Shown: positions 1-22,085 of the stretch, one piece after another | Layout of the letters: each line of letters begins with the position of its first letter | How positions within the stretch are numbered: position 1 is the stretch's first letter | Assembly: GCA_963693365.1 (NCBI GenBank) | Contig: CAVNZM010000001.1 | Coordinates: 8,634,907 to 8,698,906, forward strand | Length of the DNA stretch: 64,000 bases | From: Amoebidium appalachense | Taxonomy: Eukaryota; Protista; Ichthyosporea | Direction: 5' to 3' | Program-made: the position numbers and the translations under genes | The notes under the pieces: generated by a model | The model's input: only the letters and a program-made list of their open reading frames with translations | What the model was told of the DNA's origin: nothing | The model's database searches: none

Positions 1-8665
<8,665 letters not shown>

Positions 8666-9870
8666 TTCCTACAAGATCAAAGGGTGAAAAGCCCGTGCAT
8701 TAAACTGCGTTTTTATGGAAATTTTGGGTATATATCAGTTGTGTAGCACTGCTATTAGGTAACGGTGACAGAAGGCATGGCAATTGATAAGAAGCATAGT
8801 GAAGGGTGAAAAGACTGTCGAATCAGGTGATGTGCTTTTGGCGTAGAAAGAAGCCCTCGCAGGATAGAATATTAGAAGAAAGTGATTTATATAGTAGTCG
8901 CGAAGTTTTCATTGCTACTTAGCACATGGCCGATTTCTTTTGTCATGTGTTCGGCAAATTGTCGGCCGCGCGGCAGGCAACGTCAGCCTGTCACTCAAAG
9001 GGAACGTTCACGCTGAACGGCTCTTGCTCTCTTGTGACGGCGCCAACCGCCCACGGCTGAGATTATTCAAATTTACCGCATACCTATATTTGGCTATACA
9101 GTAGAAGATCTGGTTGGCCAGTAAACAAAAGTGATTATCCATCGCTGAGTTGACAAACACCAGCGCTGTCTCTATATTACGGCTTTCCGGCCAGGATTTT
9201 TTTTTTTCGCATTATGCAGGAGCATGCACACACAAAAGCATTTATGCAGCCTTAAACCGCTAAATTATTTGTAGTAAATTTTTTTCTCCTCTGAATGTCG
9301 CTTTCGCTACATATGGAAAGGTAGGAGGTAGATATTTAGGTGGCACATCATGGTAGAGTTGGAGTTCTGACAGTTTTGTGTCAACTTTGAAGTGACGGGC
9401 TGAAGATCACGCCGATAAATCTCCTACCAACCGGTCGAGCGATTTGATTCGTTACTCTTATCGAGCTGATCAGTAGAATCTGCCTTCTGATTGGCTACCT
9501 TAACTGTCCAGTTACGAAAGATCCTCGTTGGCAGCAGTTTCCATTATAATGTCATGTTGGCTGTTTTCAAGGATATCACATGCTTGGATTTGCAATGTTC
9601 TGTTTCGTTTATCTACGAAGCATATATTAACGAGGTAGATATAAACAAGGAACTCGACCTAAAGAAATTCACCACCTTGATCAAAGTTTTCCGTCTGCCA
9701 GTTTTGTGAAGGTTGGTGTCGACAAGCCTACGAAAAAGGAGAGGATGCGGCTCATGTAGTGTCTTTCCAGATATATTTCTTGTTTCAAAATCAGCTTTTG
9801 GACACTGTTGAAGCAATAATTCTATTCCAGCTTCCCCGGTGCTTGACTGCGGTGTAGTGGGAGGAAGAGG
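8666..9870. promoter_or_regulatory. Probable bidirectional promoter region between head-to-head Apollo and golgin genes
   Basis: Divergent ATGs at 8665 (-) and 9871 (+). The ~1.2-kb interval lacks the microsatellites seen elsewhere. A possible 5' UTR intron runs ~9321-9828 (gtagga...ttccag). Confidence 0.55.
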
Positions 9871-11189
9871 ATGTTCAAGAATTTGAAAAGCAAGATCAGC
9901 GAGGTGCGTGTTATGTTCACAACTATGATGAAAATCTTTTTGGCCTGCATCTGAGCTGCCTATCCGGCTAGGTAGCTGACATCGTCATAGCGTTCGAGAT
10001 CTCGAAAGAAAAATATAAGACATATACACAGGGGCACGGACAACACTTCCATGCAAGCTGCACTCACAGGGAAACACACACACATATATACTTGTGGAAA
10101 CCCTTCCCCCGCACCTCCCTCACCCGCTCTTTTCCGGCTTCTTTTGTCCTACCACCACCACCACAACTATCACTACCACTACTACCAACGCCACCACTAC
10201 ACATGCATCGCACACCTTCTCAACCTTCTCTTGTGTTGCATCTAATGGTTCTCGCCAATCAAGGGCAGGGTTGCATCGATATCATGCCCTCCCTCATGCT
10301 TCGATATTGCATTTCCCCCTCCCCTTCCCTCCCTCCCCCCCCCCCCCCCCCCACCCCCCCCCCCCCCCCCTCTCCTTCTCTTCCCTCCTCTCTTTCGCCG
10401 TGGGCTTTTGCATCTTTCCCGTGCCGCTGCACACACACACAGCATCCACTGCCACACACACACAGCCACTGATTGAAGTCCACACCTGCCCTCCTCCCCA
10501 GCCCACCTGCCTGAAACAAGGAAGCCCCCTCTTCACCACAAGCACATACACCCACACACAACCCCCCCTCTCCTCCCCCTTTTTTTGGCGATATACCGCG
10601 CCATCAGTCCTTACCTCCTCCCTTCCCCTCCCCCCTCTCCCCCCTCCCTCCCCATCTAGCTTTGACAGCCCCCCTCCCCCCCCCCCCCCCCCCCCCCCCC
10701 CCGCCCCCCCAACCTCCCCCCCCCTCCCCCCCCCCCCCCCCAACTGGCCCCTTGCCCGCCCCTTCTGAATTTCTTATTTATACACAACCACACCAATGAT
10801 CCCCCCCCCCCTCCCCCCTCCCCCTTCCGCCCCCGCCCCCCTTCTCCCCCCCCATCCCCCCCCCCAGGTGACCCAAGACGTCAACAACTATGTTGCTGAC
10901 GCGGCCGCCCGAGGGGCCACCCCCTCCAGTGCCTCGCCTCCCCCAACATCCATCACCCCAACACAGGTTCGTACCTGCTCCCGATTTAATAATCACGACA
11001 CCAGCGTACGCCAGTGTCACGACACGTTTATTTTATTTTGTAACGGATTTCAAAGGCCATTGAACCACAACTTAAGGGAGAGATGTGAGCTCCAGGATCT
11101 TATTTGGAACAGTTTTTGTCCGTGTTAAGTGTCCATGTATTCGAGATTGTACTATGCATGGTGACACACATAGGCACCCCCCTCCCCCC

Positions 11190-11253
<64 letters not shown>

Positions 11254-11413
11254 CACGCAAACACACACACACACACACACACAGGAACGATCTGTGGATG
11301 CGCTTGAGGCGGAGGTATCTAAACTACGCAATGAACTAGTCAAGGTGCAGGACAGAACAAGAAGGAGAATACAGGAGCTGAGAGAGCAGGAACAGCAGAA
11401 CCAGCAGGCAAAG

Positions 11414-11474
<61 letters not shown>

Positions 11475-11498
11475 CGTGCATGCACGCACACACACATG

Positions 11499-11529
<31 letters not shown>

Positions 11530-12072
11530 ACACGGGCGCATACGGACATACATGGGCAGACAAGAACGCGAGCGCAGACGCAATACACACACACATACGG
11601 ACAAACGGGTGCATACAAGCACACACACACATACACACATGGTCACATGCGGAAACACGGTGGCGCACACGCGCGCAGGCAGGCATGTGCTAGCATATAC
11701 ACAGGACTCAAGGAGGTACACACAGTCAGGCAGGCAGATATACAATAACACTCGGGCTGACAGGGCACCTAACGGCACACAAACAGCGAAGTCGAAAGAG
11801 ACACATACGCAGAAAGGAATACACACACACGCACACGTGGGCTTGTGTGTGCGCATGAACACAGGTAGCCGTGTGAAGATTATGCATGAACACATACATC
11901 TCACACATTCATGTTCCACATGTGTGGTGCGTGCATGGTTATGAAAACCTGGATTCCTTTCCATATATGCCTACACCGTGTACAAGCACTCCCCAGAAAT
12001 TTTCTTCCTCCTTACCTCTCTCCCTCCCTCTTCCCTCTCTCCCCCTTACGTTCACTGCATTGGTAGCTGGGG

Positions 12073-12105
<33 letters not shown>

Positions 12106-12307
12106 GGGGGGAGGGGAGGGGGGGAGTAAGAGGGAGGGGGGAAGGAACGGAAGAGCCCCTTATGTGTAGGCATTCTGGGTTCGAAGGAATGTGATGAATC
12201 CAGGAAAGGGACCATGTAGATAGTTTTCTTCTGAATAAAAGAAGGATGCAGAGGGTGGGGGGGTGGGGGGGGGGTGAGGGAGTGAGAGGGGAGGGAGGGG
12301 GAAGCGG

Positions 12308-12360
<53 letters not shown>

Positions 12361-12450
12361 TTATAAGTGGAATGAATGTGGGAGGTGAGAAGATGGCAAG
12401 GAGGGGCAAGAAAATAGTGTGTGTGTGTCTGTGTGTGTGTGTGTATTGAA

Positions 12451-12486
<36 letters not shown>

Positions 12487-13594
12487 AGAGGGAGAGAGAG
12501 GGGGAGGGGGGGACGGGGGTACAGTACTGTTACCCTCTCGTAATGTCTTTTTTTTTTAGTTTATTTTGGAGGCACCGTGCGCATCTACTTTCTGCAGTTC
12601 TCACCCCGGTGGTGAGAGTGTAACGGAGTGTTAGTTTTCGAATTCGTTGTTGCATGCTGAGCTACGGAGAAAACTATGTAGTGTTTTTTTTTTTTTTTTT
12701 GCCCGCTGTAAATCTAGTTTCGCATGTGGTGTTCTGAGAATCGTGTGCTTTTATTAAAATTTTTATAAAACTTTAACAGACTCAGATGATTGCGCGGCTG
12801 GAGCAGCAGCTGCAGGAGAAGGAGGAGATGATGAAAGTCATGCAGACACAGATCCAGATTCTACAGGCAGAGATGCAGAGAGACAGGGACAGGCACAAGG
12901 TAGCACAGATGCACGTGCACACACACGAATATGCACGTGCACACACACGAACACGAATATGCACGTGCACACACACGTCGTTAACGAGGTGAATAGGTCG
13001 AAACTCGGGTACTGTGGATGACGTGGGCCCCCCCTGAGGATGGGCTCTGCTTATTATGCATACTCTTTATGTATGGCTTGCATTCTGCATCGTGTTATCC
13101 GTTTGTTCTTGTGTACTTCGTACTTTTTGACGCATTCAAACCCCCCCCTCCCCCCCCCAACACACACACACACACACATACACACACACAGACACAGAAG
13201 CCAACATCCCCGCCACCCAGCATCCAGGTTGATGGGGGCGTGCCCGTAGGCAAACTTGTTGACTGGGGGGAGGATGAGCAGGAAAGGCCCGGGCCCCTTT
13301 TTGCCGCAGCCAGCTTGGAGAGTGTAGCTACAAACGAGGCACTGGCTGTGGTGGAGTCGGCACTGAAGGGCGATGGGATAAATGAGGCTATGTCGTCAGG
13401 TAGGTGCTCATGCATGTGCGTGCACATATGAGCACATGCAAACACATGTGAACATACATTCACATGCACACACACACACATACACACTTCCGCACGCACA
13501 CCATGCACATATGCAGACACACACACGCACACAAACACATCTATATGTACATGAGCGCAGGCACACACACACGTGCATGTGCGCACACACACAC

Positions 13595-13635
<41 letters not shown>

Positions 13636-13906
13636 AACACACACACACGCACATTTAGGTACAGACACAAGCATAGATACACAGACATCCCCCCCCCCCC
13701 CCCCCCCCCCCTCGCCCCATGCCCCTACCTTGCGCCTTGCCCCTCCCCCTCCCCCACTCTCCATCTCTTGAGCAGGAGGGGAGGTGGTTGGGTGGGTAGT
13801 GAATGCACATGTGTGTGGTGTCCATAATGCACACACACGCACATTCCCCCCCCTCCCCCGCCCCCCGCCCCCCGCCCTGCCCCCCTCCCCCCTTCTCCCT
13901 CCCCCC

Positions 13907-13942
<36 letters not shown>

Positions 13943-14208
13943 ACCAGCACCAGCACCAGCACCAGCACCACCACCTCTGCTCTCTCACACACATTGTCCC
14001 CCCCCCCCCCCCCCCCCCCCCCCTCCCCAGAAACACGCACACACACACACACGAACGAGGTGGAATTGGAGGGGGGGGGGGGGGGGGTTGCTGGAAGTGT
14101 GGGGGCATGCAGGGTCACTGAGGAAGCTACAGAGACGAGACGAGGAGAAGGACGGGATTATTGCTGCTCAGAAGGCCCAGATAGCAGACATGATGCAGCT
14201 GCACGAGG

Positions 14209-14280
<72 letters not shown>

Positions 14281-14310
14281 TCGTGGGTAGGTGTAGATGT
14301 GGGTGTGTGT

Positions 14311-14354
<44 letters not shown>

Positions 14355-15563
14355 AGTGGGTGGGTGCGTGGGTGTGGGTGGGTGTGTGTGGGGGGGGGGG
14401 AGGGGGGGAGGGGGGGGGGGGGGATGGGTATGTGGTTTGTGTGTGCGTGCGTGTGTGTGTGGATGTCTGTGTCTGACTTTGTGTATGTGTGTGCACGGGT
14501 GTGTGCATGCGTGTGCGTGTGTGCATATATGTTTGTACGTACACCCACCTCTTTCGCTTTCCCTCCCACTGTTTGTGTGTGGTCGTGTGAGCGTGCATGT
14601 GCACTTGTTTGTGTGTGTGGTGTGTAAATGTTGTTTGGATTTTTTTTTTTATTCTTTTTGTGGGGAGGGAGGGGGGGGGGGGACCTGTGGGTGGAAGAAG
14701 TTCATGGGTTATTTTTTGCCAGCCCCCCCCCCCCCCCCCCCCCCCTTCCCCCTCGCCCACTCCGTTTGAATGGCTCTTAGCTGAAAGTGTAGGAGTTGAC
14801 TTTTGGCGGCATTGGATATGCTAATGCTGTTTAAACATACCTGTAGCTCGGTACGCTATTTTGGGGGGAAATATAACTAGCTTGTCATACATGGATATAC
14901 TTTTGAGATACTTCTCAGCTGTACATGTGTGGATATTTCCGCTTTTCTGAGACATATATTTATGTATTTCTGTGCAGGAGAACGCAGAAAAGCTGGCGCT
15001 GTCCAGGAGGGCGGAGGAGCTTATGGCCATCAATGCATCACTGCAGGAGCAAGTGCCGGTATGTTCCAGAATGTTCGATCTGGAAAGGGAAAAGGAGTGA
15101 TTCAGAAAAGGGAGTGTGCATGCTGAGGGTCAAGGAAGGTTAAGTGGGGGGGGGGGGGGGGGGGGGGAGGGGGTGCGGATGGGTCATGAAGGTGAGGGGG
15201 GAGGAGTGGTGGGAGAGAAGAGAGAGAAGGGGAGGGGGGGGGGGGGGGGGGGGGGATGGAGTGGATGAGAGAGGGATGGAGGAGGGACGTGGGACTGTGT
15301 GTGTCTGCGTGTGTGTGTGCAGGGGGAGGAGGAGGGGGGGAGTGGGGGGATATCTGATATGGTATTGGGGTGCAACAGACAGGCAGAATTGTTATGATTG
15401 AGGTCATGAATTGTGCTGTATCATTGTTTAGGGTGTGAATGGAAAGCGGGTGCGTGTTTGGTTTTTTTTTATTTCTGTCTTTTTTTTTTTTCCCCCTTTT
15501 TTTTTTGGGGGGGGGGGGGGGAAGGGGGGGGAAGGGGAGTGAGAGGAGGTCTTTCTCTGTGTG

Positions 15564-15594
<31 letters not shown>

Positions 15595-15665
15595 AGGGGG
15601 GGAGGGGGGGGGTAGGAGTGGTAGGAGAAGGCCGGGGACCTCTGAACTTCACAATACCTGCGTGA

Positions 15666-15699
<34 letters not shown>

Positions 15700-15879
15700 A
15701 TGGTGTGTTAGTGCTGTGGAGAGTCAGATACTTTGCTATAGGGTACTGAAGGTACGCTTGTGTACAGAAAATTGTGGATGCAGAGAAGAGGGCAGCTGCT
15801 GCCGAGGCGGAGAAGATGAGGATGGAGAGGGAGCACGAGGAGATGAAGGCAAACTGGGTGCGTGTGGGTGTGGGTGTGT

Positions 15880-15921
<42 letters not shown>

Positions 15922-15927
15922 GGGTAA

Positions 15928-15962
<35 letters not shown>

Positions 15963-16019
15963 TGAACGTGCGCGTCGATGTGGTGGTGTGGTTGTTTGTG
16001 TGTATGTTTGGTGTGCGTG

Positions 16020-16062
<43 letters not shown>

Positions 16063-16086
16063 CATGTGATAGGTGGGTGGGTGGGT

Positions 16087-16126
<40 letters not shown>

Positions 16127-16205
16127 GGGGGGGGGGGGGATGTTTGATGGGAGGGGGATGTTTTGGTGTTTGTGTGCCTATGAGTGTGTTTGCATCTGTG
16201 CTTGT

Positions 16206-16236
<31 letters not shown>

Positions 16237-18034
16237 GGGTCCGTGTACATGGCTGTGTGTGTGTGTTCATGTATTTAATAAGTTTTAGGTGGACTATGAC
16301 ATGAGATGCAAAAGCGCATATGCGTAGGGGAAGTGGTTTTCCAAATACTGCATATGTCTGGTGACCAATCATCTACTAATGTGTAGTTCATGTATGCCTT
16401 TAGATACTGCATGCATGTACAAGACGTATTTCCCTAAGTACGCCCTATACATGTAGTATCTGGAGAATAGCATGATTTTCAGAAACATATTCCGGTATCT
16501 TTGGCATTAACAGTGTTTTTTTGTGGCTGTGGCACATGCAGGAGCAAGCCACGTTGAACCTACAACTGCTTCAGACACTGAAAGAACAGAACGAGAAGAT
16601 GGATACCGAACTCAAGAAGAGAAAGGTAAGATGGGGGGAGGGGAGGGGAGGGGGGAGGGGGGGGGGGGAGGGGGGGGGGGGGGGGGGGGAGGGAGGGGGG
16701 ATTGATGTGTGTATATGTGCGGATGTCTGTACTTGTGTTTTTTTTATTGTTTGTTTGTTTGTTTGTTTGTTTGTTTGTTTGTTTGTTTGTTTGTTTTTTT
16801 TGGGGGGGGGGGGGAAGGTGGTTCTTGCCAAGGCATTTGGAGAGAATAGTAGACGGGTTAGTGGGTGAAGGGGAGAGAGAGGGGGGGGGGGGGGGGGGGG
16901 GGGAATAGAGTAATTAGCGTCGAATAAGGTTGCTGACTTTAAGTGCTTGTTTTTCATTCATTCTTCCCCTCCCCCCCCCCCCCCCCCCTGCTGTCTGAGT
17001 TGGAGCGTCGTATATACGCGGGCTAAGGGGTCGAAACTCAGACGCAATTGATGACTTGGGCCCTCCCTGAGGATGGGCTCTGCTTATGACGCATACTGTG
17101 CGCATGGCTGATGCTGCATAGTTGAATGTTTGCCTTTGCATGTGTCCTGCACCATGCTTCTCATCGTGTATGCGTACTTCGTACTGTGTTCCGCATTCAA
17201 ACCCCCCCTGTCTTCTTTCAGAGGTGTCCTTTCAGGACAGACCACTGTGTGGAGACATCTTTACTTCCATGCAACCGGGCATGGTTGCTCTGTGTCGTGC
17301 ATCTGTAAGCACACGCGTTTGTCGCTGCACTGCATTAGTTTGCACACACATCTTCACCGTTTTGCTCACCTTGCTTGCATAAGCAACCCTGCTCGTCTTT
17401 GATCAAGACGGGTTGACCCACCCAAGTTCAGTTGATGCTGCTGTCTGAGTTGGAGCGTCGTATATACGCGGGCTAAGGGGTCGAAACTCAGACGCAATTG
17501 ATGACTTGGGCCCTCCCTGAGGATGGGCTCTGCTTATGACGCATACTGTGCGCATGGCTGATGCTGCATAGTTGAATGTTTGCCTTTGCATGTGTCCTGC
17601 ACCATGCTTCTCATCGTGTATGCGTACTTCGTACTGTGTTCCGCATTCAAACCCCCCCCCCCCCACCCCTCCCACCCCCACTCCCTTCACTCCCTTCTTC
17701 TTCTTCTTCTCCTCCTCCTCCTCCTCCTCCTCCTCCTCCTCCTCCTGTTTTTTCTTTTTTCCAAAACAGGAGACCGAAGCCAAAGTTGCCGAGAAGCACA
17801 GCAAGGAAGTAGAGAGGCTCAAACTGTTGGCCAGCAAGGCGAGAGAGGAACTGGATAGGGAGATGGAGTCTGCAGGGGAAGAGATTGCAGCACTGAATGC
17901 AAAGGTGGCTGTGTTGCAGAAGGTATGAGTGATTATGCATGGAGGTGGGATAGTGTGTACATGGATACACATATTTATGTATATATGCGCACGCAGAGAG
18001 AGGGAGAGGGGGGGGGAGGGGGGGAGGGGGGGGG

Positions 18035-18069
<35 letters not shown>

Positions 18070-18221
18070 ATCAAGGGAGAGAGAGACGGAGTCGGCTGGG
18101 GAAAATATTGCTGCAAGGAGTGCAAAGCAAAGGTGGCTGTGTTGCAGAAGGTATGAGTCGTCATGCATACAGATAGGGGGTTGTGCAAATGCACGGAGGG
18201 AGGAAGAGATGGAGAGAGAGA

Positions 18222-18256
<35 letters not shown>

Positions 18257-21200
18257 TGTGTGTGTGTGAGAGAGACAGGAGGGGCAGGGGGGGGGGGGGA
18301 GGGAGGTGGAGATGAAGGGGGAAAAGGGGATTAAGGGAGAGAGTGAGTGAGATGGAGTTGGCCAGGGAGGAGATTGCTGCACTCAGTGCAAAGGTGGCTG
18401 TGTTGCAGAAGACAACGAGACTATGATCATGCACACAGAGATGGGAAGCTGCATATACCCACACATGTCACAGGGAGAGAAGGGGGGCAGGAGAAGGATG
18501 GGGGGGGGGGGGGGGGGGGGGGGGGAGGGGGGGGGGGGGGACGGACGGAGGGAGGGATGGAGGGAGAGATGAGAGAGAGAGAAATTAGGGGGAAATAAAA
18601 TGATGTAGAGAGCTAGGACCTCCTGAGTTGAGAGAAAGGAAGAGGAAAGTAAAAGAAGAAGAAACAACACAACCCCTCCTGCCCCCCGAATTTCTAACGG
18701 TCCTTTTGACCTCACAGGACCTTCTTCTCGCCAACGCCGCAGCCAAGGAGCAACAAGAACAGCAAACCCAACCCACTGACGCATCGAGCAACGAGCGTGT
18801 TTCCGAGCTGGAAAACGCCCTCCAAGCCGCCGAACTCGAACGCGCAAACACACTAAAACAGGTGGAAACTCTATCCGCGGACCTGGCCGCGCGAAAGAAC
18901 GAGATTGTGTCCCTCAAGGAACAGATACACGAACGGACGCAGAAAGCGGAGTCAGTCGAATCGCGACTAGCGGAATTGGAGAGCGAACTGAATTTGGTGC
19001 GTGCGGAGAGGGAAAAAGCGAGGGGGGAGTTAGGTGAGTTGAGAAAACAGTTGGAAGAGAGGGACGAGGGACACATGGCCGCAAGTAGCAAACTCGAGTC
19101 GATAAGAACCGAGTTGGAATCCGCACGCGCCGAGTTGAAAAACGTGCGGGAGACGCTTGAATCGGAGAGGGAGAAGTGGAACGGAGAGAGAGAAGAACTG
19201 GAAAAAGGGTCGGAAAAAGCGAGGGAGGAAGCGCGCCTGGCTGGGGAAAAATTAGTCGGAAATAGCGAGGAGTTGTCTCGGGTTCAGGAGCAGATTTCGG
19301 CCCTGGAGACGGATTTGGCCGGTGCACGTGCGCAGGCAGAGGACATGAAAACGGCACATCGGGAGGAGAGGGATGCTAGGGTCAACGCGGAACAACAGTT
19401 GACGGAATTAAACTCAGCGCACAAAACGATGAAACAGGGACTAGGGGAGACACAAGCGAGGCTGGCGCATCTTGAGGGGGAGATGGAACAAGGAGCGAAG
19501 GAACAGAGAGAAGAGGCAGAAACACTGGCCCGGGAGTTGGAATCCGCACGGGCGGAAACGGAGGATTTGCGAACGCGGCTGCACGTGACGGAGGGGGTGG
19601 TAGCTATGCAAACTGCGGAAATTCAGACGGTGAAGGAGGGGGAGGCACGTGCGCAGGCTGAACGTGACGAGGCGAACAGACGGGTGCAAGGGTTGCAAGC
19701 CGAGTTGGATGGGGTACGTGGGGAGTTGCATTCTGCAAATGACACCTTAACCCAGCTACAAACCGACCTGCAGTCAGCAAACGACAATTTAACCCAGCTG
19801 CAGGCAGACCTGCATGCTGCACGTGAGGGGGAGGCACGTGCACAGGCGGAGGCGGATGCGGCACGGCAGCAGGCGGCAGAGGCGCAGGCACAGCTGCAGG
19901 GGGCAGAGGGCACGGTGGAGAGAATACGGGCAGAGTTGGCTGGGCTGCAGGCGGAGGTGAAAGGGCAGAGAGAGAGGGCGGAGTGGTTGGAGGGGGTGCT
20001 GGAGAGCGCACGGGCAGACACGGAGGAGGTGAGGGAGAGGCTGAGGGAGGCGGAGGCGGAGAGAGAGACACAGAGTAAACGGTGGGAGGAGGAGAGGGCG
20101 GAGCTGGAGGCCAGCCTTGCAAGTGCACAGGCACAGGCACAGGCACAGGCACAGACACACGTACACGTACAAGTAGAGGGAACCACCACCACGGCAGAGG
20201 ACACGGGGGCGGTCGGCGATGGTCAGGAGAGGGAGGAGGACGAGGAGGCACACACGGTCGCAAACGGAGGCACGTGCAAGGCCGGAGGAAAAAAGGGCAA
20301 GAAGAAGAAGAACAAGAAGGGTACACCCAGGCAGATGAACGGGGCACCCCCTTCCCCCTCCCAACAAAACACAGAACACAACACATCAACATCGACCGAA
20401 AACACAACCACCACCACCAATACCAGCACCGGCACGCCGCCGTCTCCTTCACCACCACCACCCCAACATCAGGAGGGCGAATCTTCAGACCATGCACGCG
20501 CCCTTCACGACGCGTCGCAGAGGTTGCGAGAGTTGGAACAACAGCTCCAGTTGCGAACGGACGAGTTGGCGCACGCGAACGAACAAGCCGCACATGCGAA
20601 GACGCACGCCGAAACCGAACGTAATGAGCTAGAGTCAAAACTGGAATCGGTGCGATCGGAGGTGGAGAGATTGGTGCAGGAACGTGATAGCGCCCGTGCA
20701 GAGTGCGAATCGCTACGGGAGCAACTGCAAGTTGTTCGCGAGGAAAACGCACAAGCGCGGGAGGAAATAATAACAGTTTCAGGGGAGGCGGAGGCGGGGA
20801 AGGCGGCGGCAGCCGCGGTGGCGCGGACTCTGCAGGAAAACGCAACGGAGCAACAAGGAAAAATCGCAGAGTTGGAGAGAGAGGTTGAAGGGTTAAAGGA
20901 ACAACTACAGGCGGCTCGGGGGGAGATGGAATCGGCGGCGGCGGCGGCGGCGGCGGCGGGTGCTGCGACGGCGGCGAAGGAAAACGAAGCTGAGAAACAG
21001 GAAAAAATGGAAAAAATTGCAGTTTTGGAGAGGGAGGTTGAAGGGTTAAAGGAGCAACTACAGGCGGCGCGCGACGAAACGGCTCGGGCTCAAGAGGAGG
21101 TTATATCGGCGGCCGCAGCAGCAGCAGATGCGGTTAAGGAGAATGAAACTGAGAAACTGGAAAAAATCACGGTGTTGGAGAGGGAGGTAGAAGGGTTAAA

Positions 21201-22035
21201 GGAACGAGTGAAGGAGGCGGAGAAAATGGCGGCGGAACGCGCGGCGGAGGTCGGGAGGTTGGAGGGTGAGGTGGAGGGGTTAGGACAGAGGGAGCAGGTG
21301 GCGGCAACACAGGTGGATGAGTTGAAGGGATTGGTGGCTAGGTTGGAAGAGGAACTGGGTGTGAGCAGAGACCAGGTGTGTGTACGTGCACGTGTGTGTA
21401 TGTGGGGGGGGGGGGGGGGGGGGGGGGGAGAAGGGATTAGGGGGGGGGGGGGGGGGAAGGGTCGGGGGCAAGGGGTAAGGGAAGGGGGGGGGGGGGGGAT
21501 ACGGTAGGGTTGGGGCCGAATGGGGCATTGGGGGAGGGGGAAGGGGAGGGGAGGGAGGGGGAGGGGGATGTACGTGTTTGTATGATTGTGTGCTTGTCTT
21601 TTGGTATGTGTGTGTGTGGAAAGAAGGGGTGGAGGGGGGGGGGGGGGGGGAGGGGGGGGGGGGAGGGGATCGTGGGTATGAGTGTGGGAATGGGGGAGAT
21701 TGTTGTGGGCAAATGAGGAAGCTTATGACTATCTATACGAATGGATGGATTTTTGGCTGCAATGGGTGTGGTAGTAAGATGTGATGGAGGGGGAGAGGGT
21801 GGGGGAGCGTTATTGCAGGGAGGAGGGGGTGTTAGAGCAGGGGGGGGGGGGGGGGGGGGGGGGGGGGGAGGGGGGGAGCAGAGAGTAAAGTACATTTCAC
21901 TTCATGAGTAGGGCTGCAGTTTATCCCTTTTTAACCGTCGATGGAGCTCATGTGAGCATGGTTTACAGGCTCGATTGTGATGCTCGCTGGAAGAGTACCT
22001 TCTCCACCCCCCCCCCCCACCCCCCCCCTCCCCCC

Positions 22036-22085
<50 letters not shown>

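Noticed and set aside
12995-13006. G(G/T)TCGAAAC as a tRNA/SINE B-box
   Set aside because: No A-box or cloverleaf is visible, and the downstream bases pair better with the upstream stem III strand. A Pol III role is not fully excluded.
17051-17090. ATGAC-hairpin as a SECIS element
   Set aside because: There is no GA quartet partner after the helix (TGCT instead of NGAN), no apical AA, and the location is intronic.
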